DNA of 64,000 bases from an uncultured Clostridia bacterium (GTDB lineage: Bacteria; Bacillota; JAAYKD01; CAYOCI01), in contig CAYOCI010000005.1 in the NCBI GenBank assembly GCA_964402415.1, forward strand, positions 15,267 to 79,266. The letters are read 5' to 3'. The notes under the pieces are model-generated. The model was not told the DNA's origin and made no database searches. It was given only the letters and a program-made list of their open reading frames with translations. How positions within the stretch are numbered: the first letter of the stretch is position 1; each line of letters begins with the position of its first letter. Below, one piece after another: positions 1 through 8,944 of this stretch. A program made the position numbers and the translations under genes.

Positions 1-716
1 TGCGAGAAAGGCGCCACCTCGCCGTGCACGTCTGTAGCACCGATTCCGATCACTTGGTCATACCCAGCTGGATAATACAGCTTGTTCCGCTTATACGTCT
101 GCCCTTCATTACCTACCGCCGCGATCAGCACCACCCCGCGACTGGCCGCGTATTCTACCGCCTGCCTGAGCACTAAGGTGTCGGACTGACCGAACGCCAA
201 AAGCAGGATGTCACATTGGAATTCATCCACAGCGCCGATTATCGCTGCCGCCGCGACCTCTGCGGTCGTGATGGCTCCTGTGGCTGATATCTTGAGCGAG
301 ATCAGCTCTGCGTCGGGGGTTGCAGCCGCGATGATCGATGCAAGAGCAGTGCCGTGTCCCGTGTGATCGACGGAGAAGCTCTCGTCAGTAAGGTAATTGC
401 GCCCATCCACGACATTGAGGCCAGCTTTGGATGAGATGCCGGAATCAATCACCCCGACGCGGATGACCCCATCACCCGCAGCGGGTGCAATCACATCTTC
501 CACTGGTTGCTTCTCATCAACCGGTGGCGCGATATCCCTATCGAGATCGCTCTCAACTTTGCTACCAGAACTGATTACGGTGACAATTCTGTATCCGCGC
601 CAAGAACCATCAACGGCCCCCATCACAGTGGGGCAGAAGTCAGTCAATAAGGCAAGAATAACGCCAGTTACGATGAGCAAGCGAATCTTGATTCTCGTGG
701 CAATCCCTCCTCCCAC
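1..716 (-). CDS. subtilisin-like serine peptidase (S8), C-terminal part runs off the left edge
   Basis: Minus-strand translation gives a signal peptide (..IKIRLLIVTGVILALL..), then VIDSGI, HGTALAS and ..GIGATDVHGEVAPFS subtilase motifs. Probable GTG start near 716. The listed + ORF 397..783 is antisense to this gene. Confidence 0.6.
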   Translation of the reverse strand, partial: MGGGIATRIKIRLLIVTGVILALLTDFCPTVMGAVDGSWRGYRIVTVISSGSKVESDLDRDIAPPVDEKQPVEDVIAPAAGDGVIRVGVIDSGISSKAGLNVVDGRNYLTDESFSVDHTGHGTALASIIAAATPDAELISLKISATGAITTAEVAAAAIIGAVDEFQCDILLLAFGQSDTLVLRQAVEYAASRGVVLIAAVGNEGQTYKRNKLYYPAGYDQVIGIGATDVHGEVAPFS

Positions 717-829
717 ATGCCCGTTACTGGTGTCCCAGCAGCCGATGAAGCGCGGTATGATCCCCTTAACCACGGTTACATAAGTGTAGTCACCTAAGGA
801 CACATACCACGGCCACCGGTATCGTCTCT

Positions 830-1009
830 TCACCTGGTTTGTTCCTCCCTAACTCGGAAAGCTGCTAGTCGTTGTTTCAGAAGCTCCTGTAGCCTTCGGG
901 TTTCCTCGCAGGTAGTGGGGCGAATATGAGCCTTATTGCAAGAGGGGCAGTCCTTTACCGCTCCCGCACGGTAGAACAAGAAGCCGCAGTCCTCGCAGGC
1001 GTAAGTCAT
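830..1009 (-). CDS. small zinc-ribbon protein (CxxC..CPxC)
   Basis: MTYACEDCGF..CPSCNK. RBS AAAGGAGGGGA 5 nt upstream of the internal ATG, so the true start is more likely 1009 than 1048. Confidence 0.45.
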   Translation of the reverse strand: MTYACEDCGFLFYRAGAVKDCPSCNKAHIRPTTCEETRRLQELLKQRLAAFRVREEQTR

Positions 1010-1075
1010 GGTATCCCCTCCTTTCTCCTTGGGCGATAGACTGAACACGTCACGCTGTCACCATGGCGATGGTCT

Positions 1076-1984
1076 TCAGATCCCCAGCAGCTGCCTTTTC
1101 TTAGCGTCAAACTCCTGCTGAGAGATGACTCCATCCTCCATTAGAGCCTTGTATTTTCTGATCTCCTCGATGGGATCGGCAGGAGGTGCGAAGTTCGGAG
1201 GTACCACCTGTGCTCCCGCTGTACCAAGACCGATGGACTGCTCCGGTGCATCGGGAAATGCCACCATCTTCAAGGCATAGACCAGCTTCGCTATCTCCTC
1301 ACTGCTGCGCTGGTATGAGTGGAGGTAGTCATTCACATCCGGGCGGTCGTTGCAGAATCTGGGGCCGTCCATGTCGCATCTGATCACTGTCCAGTAGGGA
1401 TGCTCGAAATGCAGTTCCACGTTAAACGCCTTAAAGGGCTCCGGGAGATCAAAATACTGCATCGGTGTTGTTCGACGCTCCTGGTCGCCGTCCATCTTGT
1501 CGATGGCGCGGGCCAGCTGCCGGTTGATCATGAACTGAGTGATCAGCGGTGCAAGCGCCATGGCGCGTTCCGGTACGGTGCTGGTATAGCGCTTGATGCC
1601 CTCTGCAGATCCCTCGAACAGGGGTGTGCCGTCCTCCCTGATGGCAAAGGATGTCAGATGCTTGCCTGCAAATACTGTCTTGTCCGGGTTACTGCTCATG
1701 CAGAACAGTCTGTTCTGAAAGTCGAAAATAGCTTTGGTGTCCCAAAGACCAGAGTCAATGCGCTCGGAAACAACGAACTGATCTCTCAGCAGCTGATTCT
1801 GATCGTAGAACGCCAAGTAATCCTTGAACCCCTGCATGGTGAGATGAGCCTGCATGTCGGTTTCCATGTCGATTTTGCTGAAACAGGTGTCGCAGATATA
1901 CTCGCCCTCGATTTTCGATGGTAGAAACCAGGAGATCTTGCCACCACAGATGGGGCAAGGGGGTTTCTTAGAGAACAAGCCCAT
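1076..1984 (-). CDS. zinc-ribbon / SHOCT-domain protein
   Basis: N-terminal CPICGGK..CDTCFSK and C-terminal SHOCT-like KYKALMEDGVISQQEFDAKKRQLL. RBS AGGAGGG before the ATG at 1984 (MGLFSKK..); the longer 334-aa ORF start lacks an RBS. Confidence 0.55.
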   Translation of the reverse strand: MGLFSKKPPCPICGGKISWFLPSKIEGEYICDTCFSKIDMETDMQAHLTMQGFKDYLAFYDQNQLLRDQFVVSERIDSGLWDTKAIFDFQNRLFCMSSNPDKTVFAGKHLTSFAIREDGTPLFEGSAEGIKRYTSTVPERAMALAPLITQFMINRQLARAIDKMDGDQERRTTPMQYFDLPEPFKAFNVELHFEHPYWTVIRCDMDGPRFCNDRPDVNDYLHSYQRSSEEIAKLVYALKMVAFPDAPEQSIGLGTAGAQVVPPNFAPPADPIEEIRKYKALMEDGVISQQEFDAKKRQLLGI

Positions 1985-2201
1985 AATATATCCCTCCTGT
2001 TTGTTCCAGTTATCTCGTTCTGCCGCCTGAGCGACCCAAGCAGATCCCATATCCACGGTCCGGCGTAATGAATTCCGCATCTCCGTGCCTTCCCTTCAAA
2101 GCGCTAGTCAGTATTCCAGTCCAGCACCGATTCATGAGTTCCGCCCCGGTCAGTGCCATCCAGCCCCTCTGGGTGATATGCATGGACCATCTTCGCACGA
2201 C

Positions 2202-2756
2202 TCATTTCGCTCTTGGCATATCGGCCTTAGCCGTCTGCTCCTCCAGATACACTCGTTGCCGAAAGCCTAACGTCCCCGCAATCAGGGAAACCGGCAGCAT
2301 GCGGATCTCACGGTTCAGTTTGGTGACGCTATCGTTGTATATCAGGCGGCTGGTGCGCACCATGTTTTCATAGGTTTCGACCGCGTTCATTGTCTTGATA
2401 TAGCCCTGGTTGGCTTTCAACTCGGGGTATTGCTCCGAGACCATGGCAATCCTGCCCAATGCTTCAGAAAGGATCCCTTCCTGGCGAAGCACCTCATCCG
2501 GTGTGGATCGTGCCGTAATCACGCTTCTTCTCGACTTGATCGTCTCGATCAGGGTTTCACTCTCGTGTTTGGCATAGCCCCTTACCAGATCCAAGAGAGC
2601 TGTCAGAGCATCGAAGCGGCTTGAAAGCTGCACCCCGATCTGGCTCATGGCATTGCCGACATTCTCATCGAGCACCACCAGTCTGCGCTGGGTGGAGATT
2701 ATCCATAGACCAATGACCACAACCATTGCGATTATGACGATGAAAGTTGGCAACAT
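2202..2756 (-). CDS. lemA: LemA family membrane protein
   Basis: N-terminal TM helix then LemA-like LVVLDENVGNAMSQIGVQLSSRFDALTALLDLVRGYAKHE. RBS GGAGGAG 6 nt before the ATG at 2756 (the ORF track start at 2771 is GTG). Confidence 0.65.
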   Translation of the reverse strand: MLPTFIVIIAMVVVIGLWIISTQRRLVVLDENVGNAMSQIGVQLSSRFDALTALLDLVRGYAKHESETLIETIKSRRSVITARSTPDEVLRQEGILSEALGRIAMVSEQYPELKANQGYIKTMNAVETYENMVRTSRLIYNDSVTKLNREIRMLPVSLIAGTLGFRQRVYLEEQTAKADMPRAK

Positions 2757-2848
2757 AATCAACTCCTCCACTTTCGGCTAACTTGTGTAGGCTCATTCAC
2801 CGAGTTCAATCTAGCAAATATCCCGTGAAAGAACCGTTCGCTGCATGA

Positions 2849-2883
2849 AACATGGTTTTTACGACATGAATCATGGTTTCGGA
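2849..2883 (+). promoter_or_regulatory. LytTR-type operator copy A (two 9-bp direct repeats ACATGGTTT / TCATGGTTT, 21-bp spacing)
   Basis: Direct repeats with the 12-bp spacer typical of AgrA/LytTR sites. A near-identical element recurs at 4998..5031 and 5250..5284. Confidence 0.5.
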
Positions 2884-3073
2884 TTGAACTAAACCATGAC
2901 ACCGCTCTTTAAGCGGTGTCAGCTTCGGCTCGAGCAGATGCGCTCATGGCTATCGACGATGGTGTAGCCCTCAGTGAGCACGTGTGCCTGTTTCATCGTT
3001 GGGGTTGGTGCCAACTGAGAATCCACGGAAAGGGTGATAAGGTGTTTTCCGACGGCAGTTTACGCATGCAAAG

Positions 3074-3118
3074 GCCTCCTGTCGTAGTCATCCTACAACA
3101 GGAGGCTCTTTTAACTCC
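3074..3118. terminator. intrinsic terminator hairpin GCCTCCTGTCGTAGTCATCCTACAACAGGAGGC followed by a T-run
   Basis: Perfect 9-bp stem with TCTTTTAACTCC on the plus strand, 58 bp downstream of the minus-strand gene ending at 3164. Almost the same stem-loop recurs at 8843..8875. Confidence 0.55.
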
Positions 3119-3163
3119 GTGTCCAATCTCCAAGGTTCAGTTCAGCTCGTATCATCCCCTTGA

Positions 3164-4915
3164 CTAATCCACCGTCACAACGATGTCGTATTCCGCAATC
3201 TTCGTGCCTTTATACCGTATCTCAACCACCTTCTTACCTTCGGTTTGGAACGGGCGACCCTGTGTCAGTTCCACCGTTTTCGAAGTATAGAAGGTGATCT
3301 GATCATTGACGCCGCGGAGGACCCCTCCTTCATCGATAACCGCGCTCAGGCCGGTGGCGTCAAAACCCTCGCCGACCTTGTAGTTAGTCTTTGTGGGATA
3401 GGACTGAACATACGCCACTGTCGTTACACCATTTTGGGTATCCTCGGTCCAGAATGTGATCTTGGCATTGTCAGGTACATCGGTATGTGTCCACCCGATG
3501 ATCAACGTACCGTTCGCGCTTGACTTGCCGCTGGCGTTGACCACCAGTTTTTGCTTGAGATAGTCCCTGATGGTGCCATATGAGGAATACATGTTGATCC
3601 GCCAATAATGAGGTTGGCTGCTCGCTGTCGATACCAACTGCTTTCCTTCCACAGACCCCGGCAGCATAATATATCTTCCGTCATAGGCGATGGAGTACTT
3701 TGGCCCGCGGTCGTCATCGTTACTTATCAGCGTAATAGTGAACGGCTTCTCAGGCCTCTTATCATGGAGCTCTAGCCAGTAATCGCTCCCCCATACAGGG
3801 TAAACGTACTTGCCAAAGATCTGCAAATAGTACTCGCCGCTCGGTAGAAGACCCTCATCAACCGTCACTTGCTTAAGCACAGTCACGGGTTTCTCATACT
3901 TTACTCCCACATATGGCGCCCCGGGTTGAATAACCGCCTGGTTGGCCGCACTATCCCAGTACACATTAAACTGTGACGCCGTACCGGAGAGCTTCTGAGC
4001 GAACTCACGCAGCTGAATGTAGTTGGTACTGCCGTTGATCAACCAGGCGTCCGAAAACGAGAAGACTTCGCCATTCATCTTGAACTTTAGATCGCTCCGC
4101 CGGAGATCCATTGTGTCGCGCATCCTACCCCCGGTAACCGTACCGCTAAACGGCTTGCCTGGTTCAATCACGACATATTCGCCGTCCCAACCTACATTAA
4201 ACTGCGCTGCGGTATCGTTAAGTACTGCCGCGATGCCGCGAAGCTGCAAGTAGTTGGTCTGATTGATCGTATACGCTGACTTTACTTGTTGCGGGTTATC
4301 GAACATCTTGCCTCGCACAACAAACTCCGTTTTGCTCGGCGTGGCAAGGATCGAGCCGGCAGGTGGGATCGGTTTGGGGGCTGGCTGGGGACCGCCGATC
4401 TTAGCCAACTCCACATCATCGAGGCCGAAGACCCTTACAATGTAAAAGTTGCTATTACGAGTGGTATCGGTCTCACCAGCGCCATCGGTACCATCGAAAG
4501 TATACTCATAAAATTCTTGGACAGTGATAGGGCTTCCCTCTTGAAACTCTACATAGATGGCTTCTTCGTATTCACAGGCGTATTCTGGACGTGCCTCATC
4601 CAAACCTACCGATAGATTCATCTCATTAAACGGCCAGAGAAGATATCTTGAGATCTGAGAGTATACGTTACTATAATCCACATTTTTGACCGTTATGGTA
4701 GCACCAGCCGGTACGTAAACATGGGTGAAATAGTATTGGCCAATCGGATCATAACCATAGGAACTACCCGTCGCATAAACATCTGTGATCTCAAGGGAAT
4801 AGGAGATTAAGTTGAACGTCCTGGTGGTACCAGCGGCTTGTACAGGGGCTGTCGCTAGCAGCAGCATCAGCACCATGCCCAAGGTCAGCAGAATACTCAT
4901 AGGCCTCTTGCTCAT
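3164..4915 (-). CDS. secreted protein with two copper-amine-oxidase-N-terminal-like (cell-wall-binding) domains
   Basis: Signal peptide MSKRPMSILLTLGMVLMLLLATAPVQA. Repeated YLQLRGIAAVLNDTAAQFNVGWDGE / YIQLREFAQKLSGTASQFNVYWDSA modules. RBS AAGGAGGAG upstream. Confidence 0.65.
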   Translation of the reverse strand: MSKRPMSILLTLGMVLMLLLATAPVQAAGTTRTFNLISYSLEITDVYATGSSYGYDPIGQYYFTHVYVPAGATITVKNVDYSNVYSQISRYLLWPFNEMNLSVGLDEARPEYACEYEEAIYVEFQEGSPITVQEFYEYTFDGTDGAGETDTTRNSNFYIVRVFGLDDVELAKIGGPQPAPKPIPPAGSILATPSKTEFVVRGKMFDNPQQVKSAYTINQTNYLQLRGIAAVLNDTAAQFNVGWDGEYVVIEPGKPFSGTVTGGRMRDTMDLRRSDLKFKMNGEVFSFSDAWLINGSTNYIQLREFAQKLSGTASQFNVYWDSAANQAVIQPGAPYVGVKYEKPVTVLKQVTVDEGLLPSGEYYLQIFGKYVYPVWGSDYWLELHDKRPEKPFTITLISNDDDRGPKYSIAYDGRYIMLPGSVEGKQLVSTASSQPHYWRINMYSSYGTIRDYLKQKLVVNASGKSSANGTLIIGWTHTDVPDNAKITFWTEDTQNGVTTVAYVQSYPTKTNYKVGEGFDATGLSAVIDEGGVLRGVNDQITFYTSKTVELTQGRPFQTEGKKVVEIRYKGTKIAEYDIVVTVD

Positions 4916-4997
4916 AGGGTTGCTCCTCCTTACATCACGTTAACTCACATTGTTAGTCTATCAGACAGTCCTAACAAGAGGCCGCTCACTGCATGAA

Positions 4998-5031
4998 ACA
5001 TAGATTTTTCTGCACGAGCCATGATTATTCG
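4998..5031 (+). promoter_or_regulatory. LytTR-type operator copy B (ACATAGATT / CCATGATTA, 21-bp spacing)
   Basis: Same architecture as copies A and C. Lies 83-116 bp upstream of the minus-strand secreted-protein gene start and upstream of a short plus-strand unit ending at the terminator at 5179..5223. Confidence 0.45.
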
Positions 5032-5178
5032 ACATGTAACGTCGTTCATGCGATCGTTCTTAGTGATAATCTTTCTATGGTGATATAGACGATGACGTCA
5101 AAACAACCTACAATCCCCCCTCTTCGGATGAGCGGAATGGGTCCCATCCGATACGTAAACGCTCCCATTAAGATCGTT

Positions 5179-5223
5179 AAGCCTGCCTCCGCGAAAGAAG
5201 GCAGGCTTTGTAGTTTTGATTTG
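5179..5223 (+). terminator. rho-independent terminator (AAGCCTGCCTCC GCGAAAG AAGGCAGGCTT + TGTAGTTTTGATTT)
   Basis: Long GC stem followed by a T-rich tract on the plus strand. No plus-strand CDS upstream, which suggests a short non-coding unit. Confidence 0.6.
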
Positions 5224-5249
5224 GCATGTTCGCCATCTCTTCACGCGGT

Positions 5250-5284
5250 ACATAGTTTTTCTACATGAATCATAGTTTCGGATA
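5250..5284 (+). promoter_or_regulatory. LytTR-type operator copy C (ACATAGTTT / TCATAGTTT, 21-bp spacing) upstream of the regulator gene (autoregulation)
   Basis: 43-86 bp upstream of the LytTR regulator start. Shares spacer ..acatgaaTCAT.GTTTCGGA with copy A. Confidence 0.55.
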
Positions 5285-5335
5285 CGACTTTAAGGTAAAC
5301 TTATCTTGGCGAAAAAAAGTAATGGAGGTCTATCT

Positions 5336-6058
5336 GTGCTACAAATTGCAGTCTGTGATGATAACATTGACGAGCTATCCAATATGGTACAGCTCATAAA
5401 CCTATACAGAACGTCGAAAAACATGGACTGCGAATACGGCGTCTTTGCAAATGGATTTGATTTGGTCTCGGCCTTAGGAAAAGGCAAGCAGTTTGATATA
5501 TACTGTTTGGACATCATTATGCCGGGCTTTACGGGCATTGATGTCGCAAAGGAAATCCGTATGGTTGACAAAACCGCGCCGATTGTGTTCTTTACATCCT
5601 CATCGGAGTTTGCTTTCGATAGTTATTCGGTGAAAGCGATCAACTATGTGTTAAAGCCGGTGTCTAAGGAAAAGTTCTTCGCTACCCTTAGTGAGGCGCT
5701 GGAACAGATTAAGATAGAAGAAGATGATGCAATCATCGTAAAGAGTAATGAGGGGATACAGAGGATACTGATTGCCAATCTAGTTTTTGCAGAGGTCATT
5801 GGCAGAAATGTTTTGTACCACCTCCGGTCTGGTAAAGTAATCGAATGTACCGAATCCTTTGCATCTGTCTGTGGGACCTTGCTGAGATTTGGATGCTTCG
5901 TCAAGACTCACCGTTCGTATATTGTTAACATGCGGTATATAGATACTATTGGTGATCATGGGGTGACTCTGCAAACGCTTTCGTCTGTCCCGATTTCCCA
6001 AGGGAAAGCGCGGGAGATAAAGCGTCTGTACCTGTCCTTTCAAATGGAGGGGGAGTAG
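5336..6058 (+). CDS. LytTR-family response regulator (receiver + LytTR DNA-binding domain), AgrA-like
   Basis: LQIAVCDDN..D..phosphoacceptor receiver N-terminus and a C-terminal LytTR fold (..FVKTHRSYIVNMRYI..). GGAGG RBS 7 nt before the GTG at 5336. Confidence 0.8.
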   Translation: MLQIAVCDDNIDELSNMVQLINLYRTSKNMDCEYGVFANGFDLVSALGKGKQFDIYCLDIIMPGFTGIDVAKEIRMVDKTAPIVFFTSSSEFAFDSYSVKAINYVLKPVSKEKFFATLSEALEQIKIEEDDAIIVKSNEGIQRILIANLVFAEVIGRNVLYHLRSGKVIECTESFASVCGTLLRFGCFVKTHRSYIVNMRYIDTIGDHGVTLQTLSSVPISQGKAREIKRLYLSFQMEGE

Positions 6059-6059
6059 G

Positions 6060-7325
6060 ATGCATCATTTAGCCATAATGAACTTTGGCTTTGTCCTCTT
6101 TTTTGGAACTACATTGTCTCTTTCTTTCGCAGATATCGGGATCAAAGAGAACATAAAGCAATATGCCCTGGTATTTCTCACTTTAGGATTCGCTCAGATT
6201 ATTGCATTTTTAATCTTTGGAGAGGAGTTCCTGTTTAGATCATATCCGTTCCTGACCCATCTTCCGTTGTTTCTGCTACTGAAGCACTATTACCGAAGAA
6301 GTTCCTATATTGCCGGTATTTCGGTTCTTTCCGCGTATCTCTTTTGCACGCCCAGAAAGTGGATTGGAACTGCGGTTTCTTATTTCTGGAGCTACAATAC
6401 GGGGGTCTCATATCTCGTTCAGATTCTGATCACCATACCCCTTCTAGTAGTCATTGTCAGGTACGTATCTCCTAATGTGGCTCGATTGAAGTTTGAAAGT
6501 AGCACGGTATTAAGATTTTTCATTTTGGTGCCGCTCATATACTACGTGCTTGAATATGTCCTCACGGTTTACACAAATCTGCTGTATCAAGGCGGCGCCG
6601 CCATCGTTGAACTCATGGATGCAGCGGTGGTGGTTATATACTTCATCTTTTCGATTGCTTACCTCAAGATTCTCTATGAAAAGAAAGAAGTTGAGGTCGA
6701 ACAGGCGCTGTTCAAGGTTCTGGCTGACCAATCCAAGGCGGAAATAGAAACACTCAGAAAATCTCAAGAGCAAACCGCCATCTACCGTCATGATATACGG
6801 CACCACATGAATTACCTGAACGCTTGCATTCTGGAAGGCAATCCGGAGCAGGCGCGCTCATATATAACCACAGTCTGCGAGGGTATCGACAATACCAGGG
6901 TGTTACGATACTCGGAGAATGAGTCTGTAAACCTGATCCTCTCGTCCTATGCTGCGAAAGCAGCAGAAAGAAATATCCACAGTGAAATCAGCGTTTCCAC
7001 TGTGGACTTTGGTAAGTTCGCGGTACCTGATCTATGCAGTTTGCTGTTAAATGCTCTGGAAAATGCCATAGGTGCCAGCGAACAAGTAGCGGACAGTAGC
7101 AAACGCTGCATTAGGGTGCGTATGTACTCCAAGAATAACAAGCTGTGCATCGACATTCGCAACAGTTATCAGACACAACCCGTGTTCTACCAAGGGTTCC
7201 CTATATCAAGAGAGCAGGGGCATGGTTTTGGCACAAAAAGTATGGCTCATGTGGTGGAAAAGTATGATGGCATGTACGAGTTTTCGATCAGGGATGGTCT
7301 CTTCGTATTTCAGGCAACTGCATAA
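6060..7325 (+). CDS. AgrC/LytS-like sensor histidine kinase (GHKL ATPase, polytopic N-terminus)
   Basis: Six or seven predicted TM helices, H-box RHDIRHHMNYL, C-terminal HATPase region. Start overlaps the regulator stop. Confidence 0.8.
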   Translation: MHHLAIMNFGFVLFFGTTLSLSFADIGIKENIKQYALVFLTLGFAQIIAFLIFGEEFLFRSYPFLTHLPLFLLLKHYYRRSSYIAGISVLSAYLFCTPRKWIGTAVSYFWSYNTGVSYLVQILITIPLLVVIVRYVSPNVARLKFESSTVLRFFILVPLIYYVLEYVLTVYTNLLYQGGAAIVELMDAAVVVIYFIFSIAYLKILYEKKEVEVEQALFKVLADQSKAEIETLRKSQEQTAIYRHDIRHHMNYLNACILEGNPEQARSYITTVCEGIDNTRVLRYSENESVNLILSSYAAKAAERNIHSEISVSTVDFGKFAVPDLCSLLLNALENAIGASEQVADSSKRCIRVRMYSKNNKLCIDIRNSYQTQPVFYQGFPISREQGHGFGTKSMAHVVEKYDGMYEFSIRDGLFVFQATA

Positions 7326-7975
7326 GAGGTTGATCTGTATATTCTGCTGTGGCTGCTCGGTTCGCGAAGGCGCCATGATCTTCCCTCACTTTGTGTTCAG
7401 CCCTTCGTCTTTCGGGCGTCCCTTACTCGACTACTATGGCCTCTGCTGACGCCTGCCGCCCGATCGCATCTCGCGATGCGGTTTACCGAGATTCTCGGCC
7501 TTTCGGCAGGTTTTTCCCGGTAAGAACGTTGCCCTTCTCTCCATCTACCCGCCCCGTTTGCTACGAAAGCCCTGAATTAGCTGGAACTTCACTTTGTGTT
7601 GTAAGCTCGTCCAACTATCGCGGCCTCAATCGAGGATTGTGATCCTCGGGCCGGAGACTTTCCGCCGGCTTCCGTCAGATTCCACCTCGCGATGGACCCC
7701 TAGGTTGCATAGGCAGCAGCAGACGCAGTCTACGACCAGCCCTTGCCTTAGGCTAACGGCTTCGCTATCCTCGCCGTTCTGGACTTTCGCCATATAGACA
7801 ACGCCCATGCCGGGCGCACATCCAAAAAACCGCTGCATATGCAGTGGTCTTTATCAAGAAGCAATCCTCCAGGTTGGGTTTCCTGGCTACACAGGTAAAT
7901 CGTGGCTACACTCGGCACAGGTAGGTAAGGCAAGGGAGAGCCAAGCTCTATCATCACACCTCTGATACTTACCTG

Positions 7976-8689
7976 CTAGTGCCTTGCGAGCTCAATTAGC
8001 CTTTTCGCCACAAGAATGTTCCATACCAGCAGGAAGACAACAGAGAACAGGGAGATATAGAGGCCGATGGTTGGTACAAAGAGACCGAAATCCAGTACGC
8101 TAGAGAGAATGCGCACGTATGCTGTCGTCTTGCTGAAGGTGGCACTCCTGAGCATGACAATCGAGATGATGAGACCACTTATCGAGCCGACTACGTAGTT
8201 CACGTGGAAAGCAGTTCCATTGAAGAGAGCAAGCATCATCTGACCTGATGAGAGGAAGACAGTCCGCTGTGCATCTGTAGTCGCAGCAGCGTACTGACTG
8301 CTTAGCGAGAGCATCTCAAAGACTGGTCTGGCCGTAACAAATAGCACCACTCCTACAACGCTAAGAACCAGGAAGATCGCCGAGAGGGAGTGGTCTATCC
8401 CCCTAAGCGCGGCGTACAGGGCAAGAGCAACTGGCAGCGAGAGGATAGTGTAGACAATCATGAGGAACTCAAACGACAGGAGTCCAAGGAGCCAGTCCTC
8501 TTGGAACAGTGTGAACCAATCCAATACACTGCCGTTAAGCGGCGGGGAGCAAGCCGCAAACAGGATAGACTGTATCGGGATGATCATGGCCATGAATAGT
8601 GCAGATGCCCCAGCGATTTTGTACAATCCAGACCAACCGGGATCGGCAATGGTAAGGCCTGTGACCTGGGTTGGTTTTCGCACAGACAC
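7976..8689 (-). CDS. polytopic membrane protein (DUF4386-like)
   Basis: 237 aa, about 6 hydrophobic helices, no catalytic motifs. Confidence 0.5.
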   Translation of the reverse strand: MSVRKPTQVTGLTIADPGWSGLYKIAGASALFMAMIIPIQSILFAACSPPLNGSVLDWFTLFQEDWLLGLLSFEFLMIVYTILSLPVALALYAALRGIDHSLSAIFLVLSVVGVVLFVTARPVFEMLSLSSQYAAATTDAQRTVFLSSGQMMLALFNGTAFHVNYVVGSISGLIISIVMLRSATFSKTTAYVRILSSVLDFGLFVPTIGLYISLFSVVFLLVWNILVAKRLIELARH

Positions 8690-8829
8690 TTAGCTCCCTC
8701 CTGACTCAGGACCAGCGATCTGCTCAAGACTACCACGCGTTTCCGTTTTCCATGGGCCAGCTTCACGATCAGCCGTTACATCCTACTTATACACCAGCGA
8801 CAATATGCGCCCTATATCGAGAAACTGGA

Positions 8830-8875
8830 TCGGGATCAAAAAGCCTCCTGTCGTAGTCATCCGACAACAGGAGGC
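8830..8875 (-). terminator. intrinsic terminator, stem-loop GCCTCCTGTCGTAGTCATCCGACAACAGGAGGC + TTTTTGATCC on the minus strand
   Basis: About 65 bp downstream of the minus-strand gene ending at 8945. Stem-loop differs by one loop base from the hairpin at 3074..3106. Confidence 0.6.
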
Positions 8876-8944
8876 TCTGTTGATTCAATGTCTGATTTCC
8901 GGGGCAGTTCAGTTCATGAGGGATAGGCTCGCCTATTTCACAAG

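Noticed and set aside
397-783. 128-aa + strand ORF
   Set aside because: Antisense to a clearly motif-bearing minus-strand S8 peptidase gene; no RBS.
1319-1924. 201-aa + strand ORF (plus 1186..1383 and 1755..1958)
   Set aside because: Embedded antisense or out-of-frame within the zinc-ribbon/SHOCT gene; GC-rich antisense frames are commonly open.
2916-3167. 83-aa + strand ORF downstream of LytTR operator A
   Set aside because: Reads straight through a strong terminator hairpin (3074..3118); the region is treated as a possible non-coding unit.
7326-7975. Possible RNase P / tmRNA / SRP RNA in the convergent intergenic gap
   Set aside because: Partial motif resemblances only (GAAAGTCC, CGGTAAACC); universally conserved P4, tag-reading-frame and domain-IV sequences not found, so no RNA gene is called. 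Kept only as a low-interest finding.
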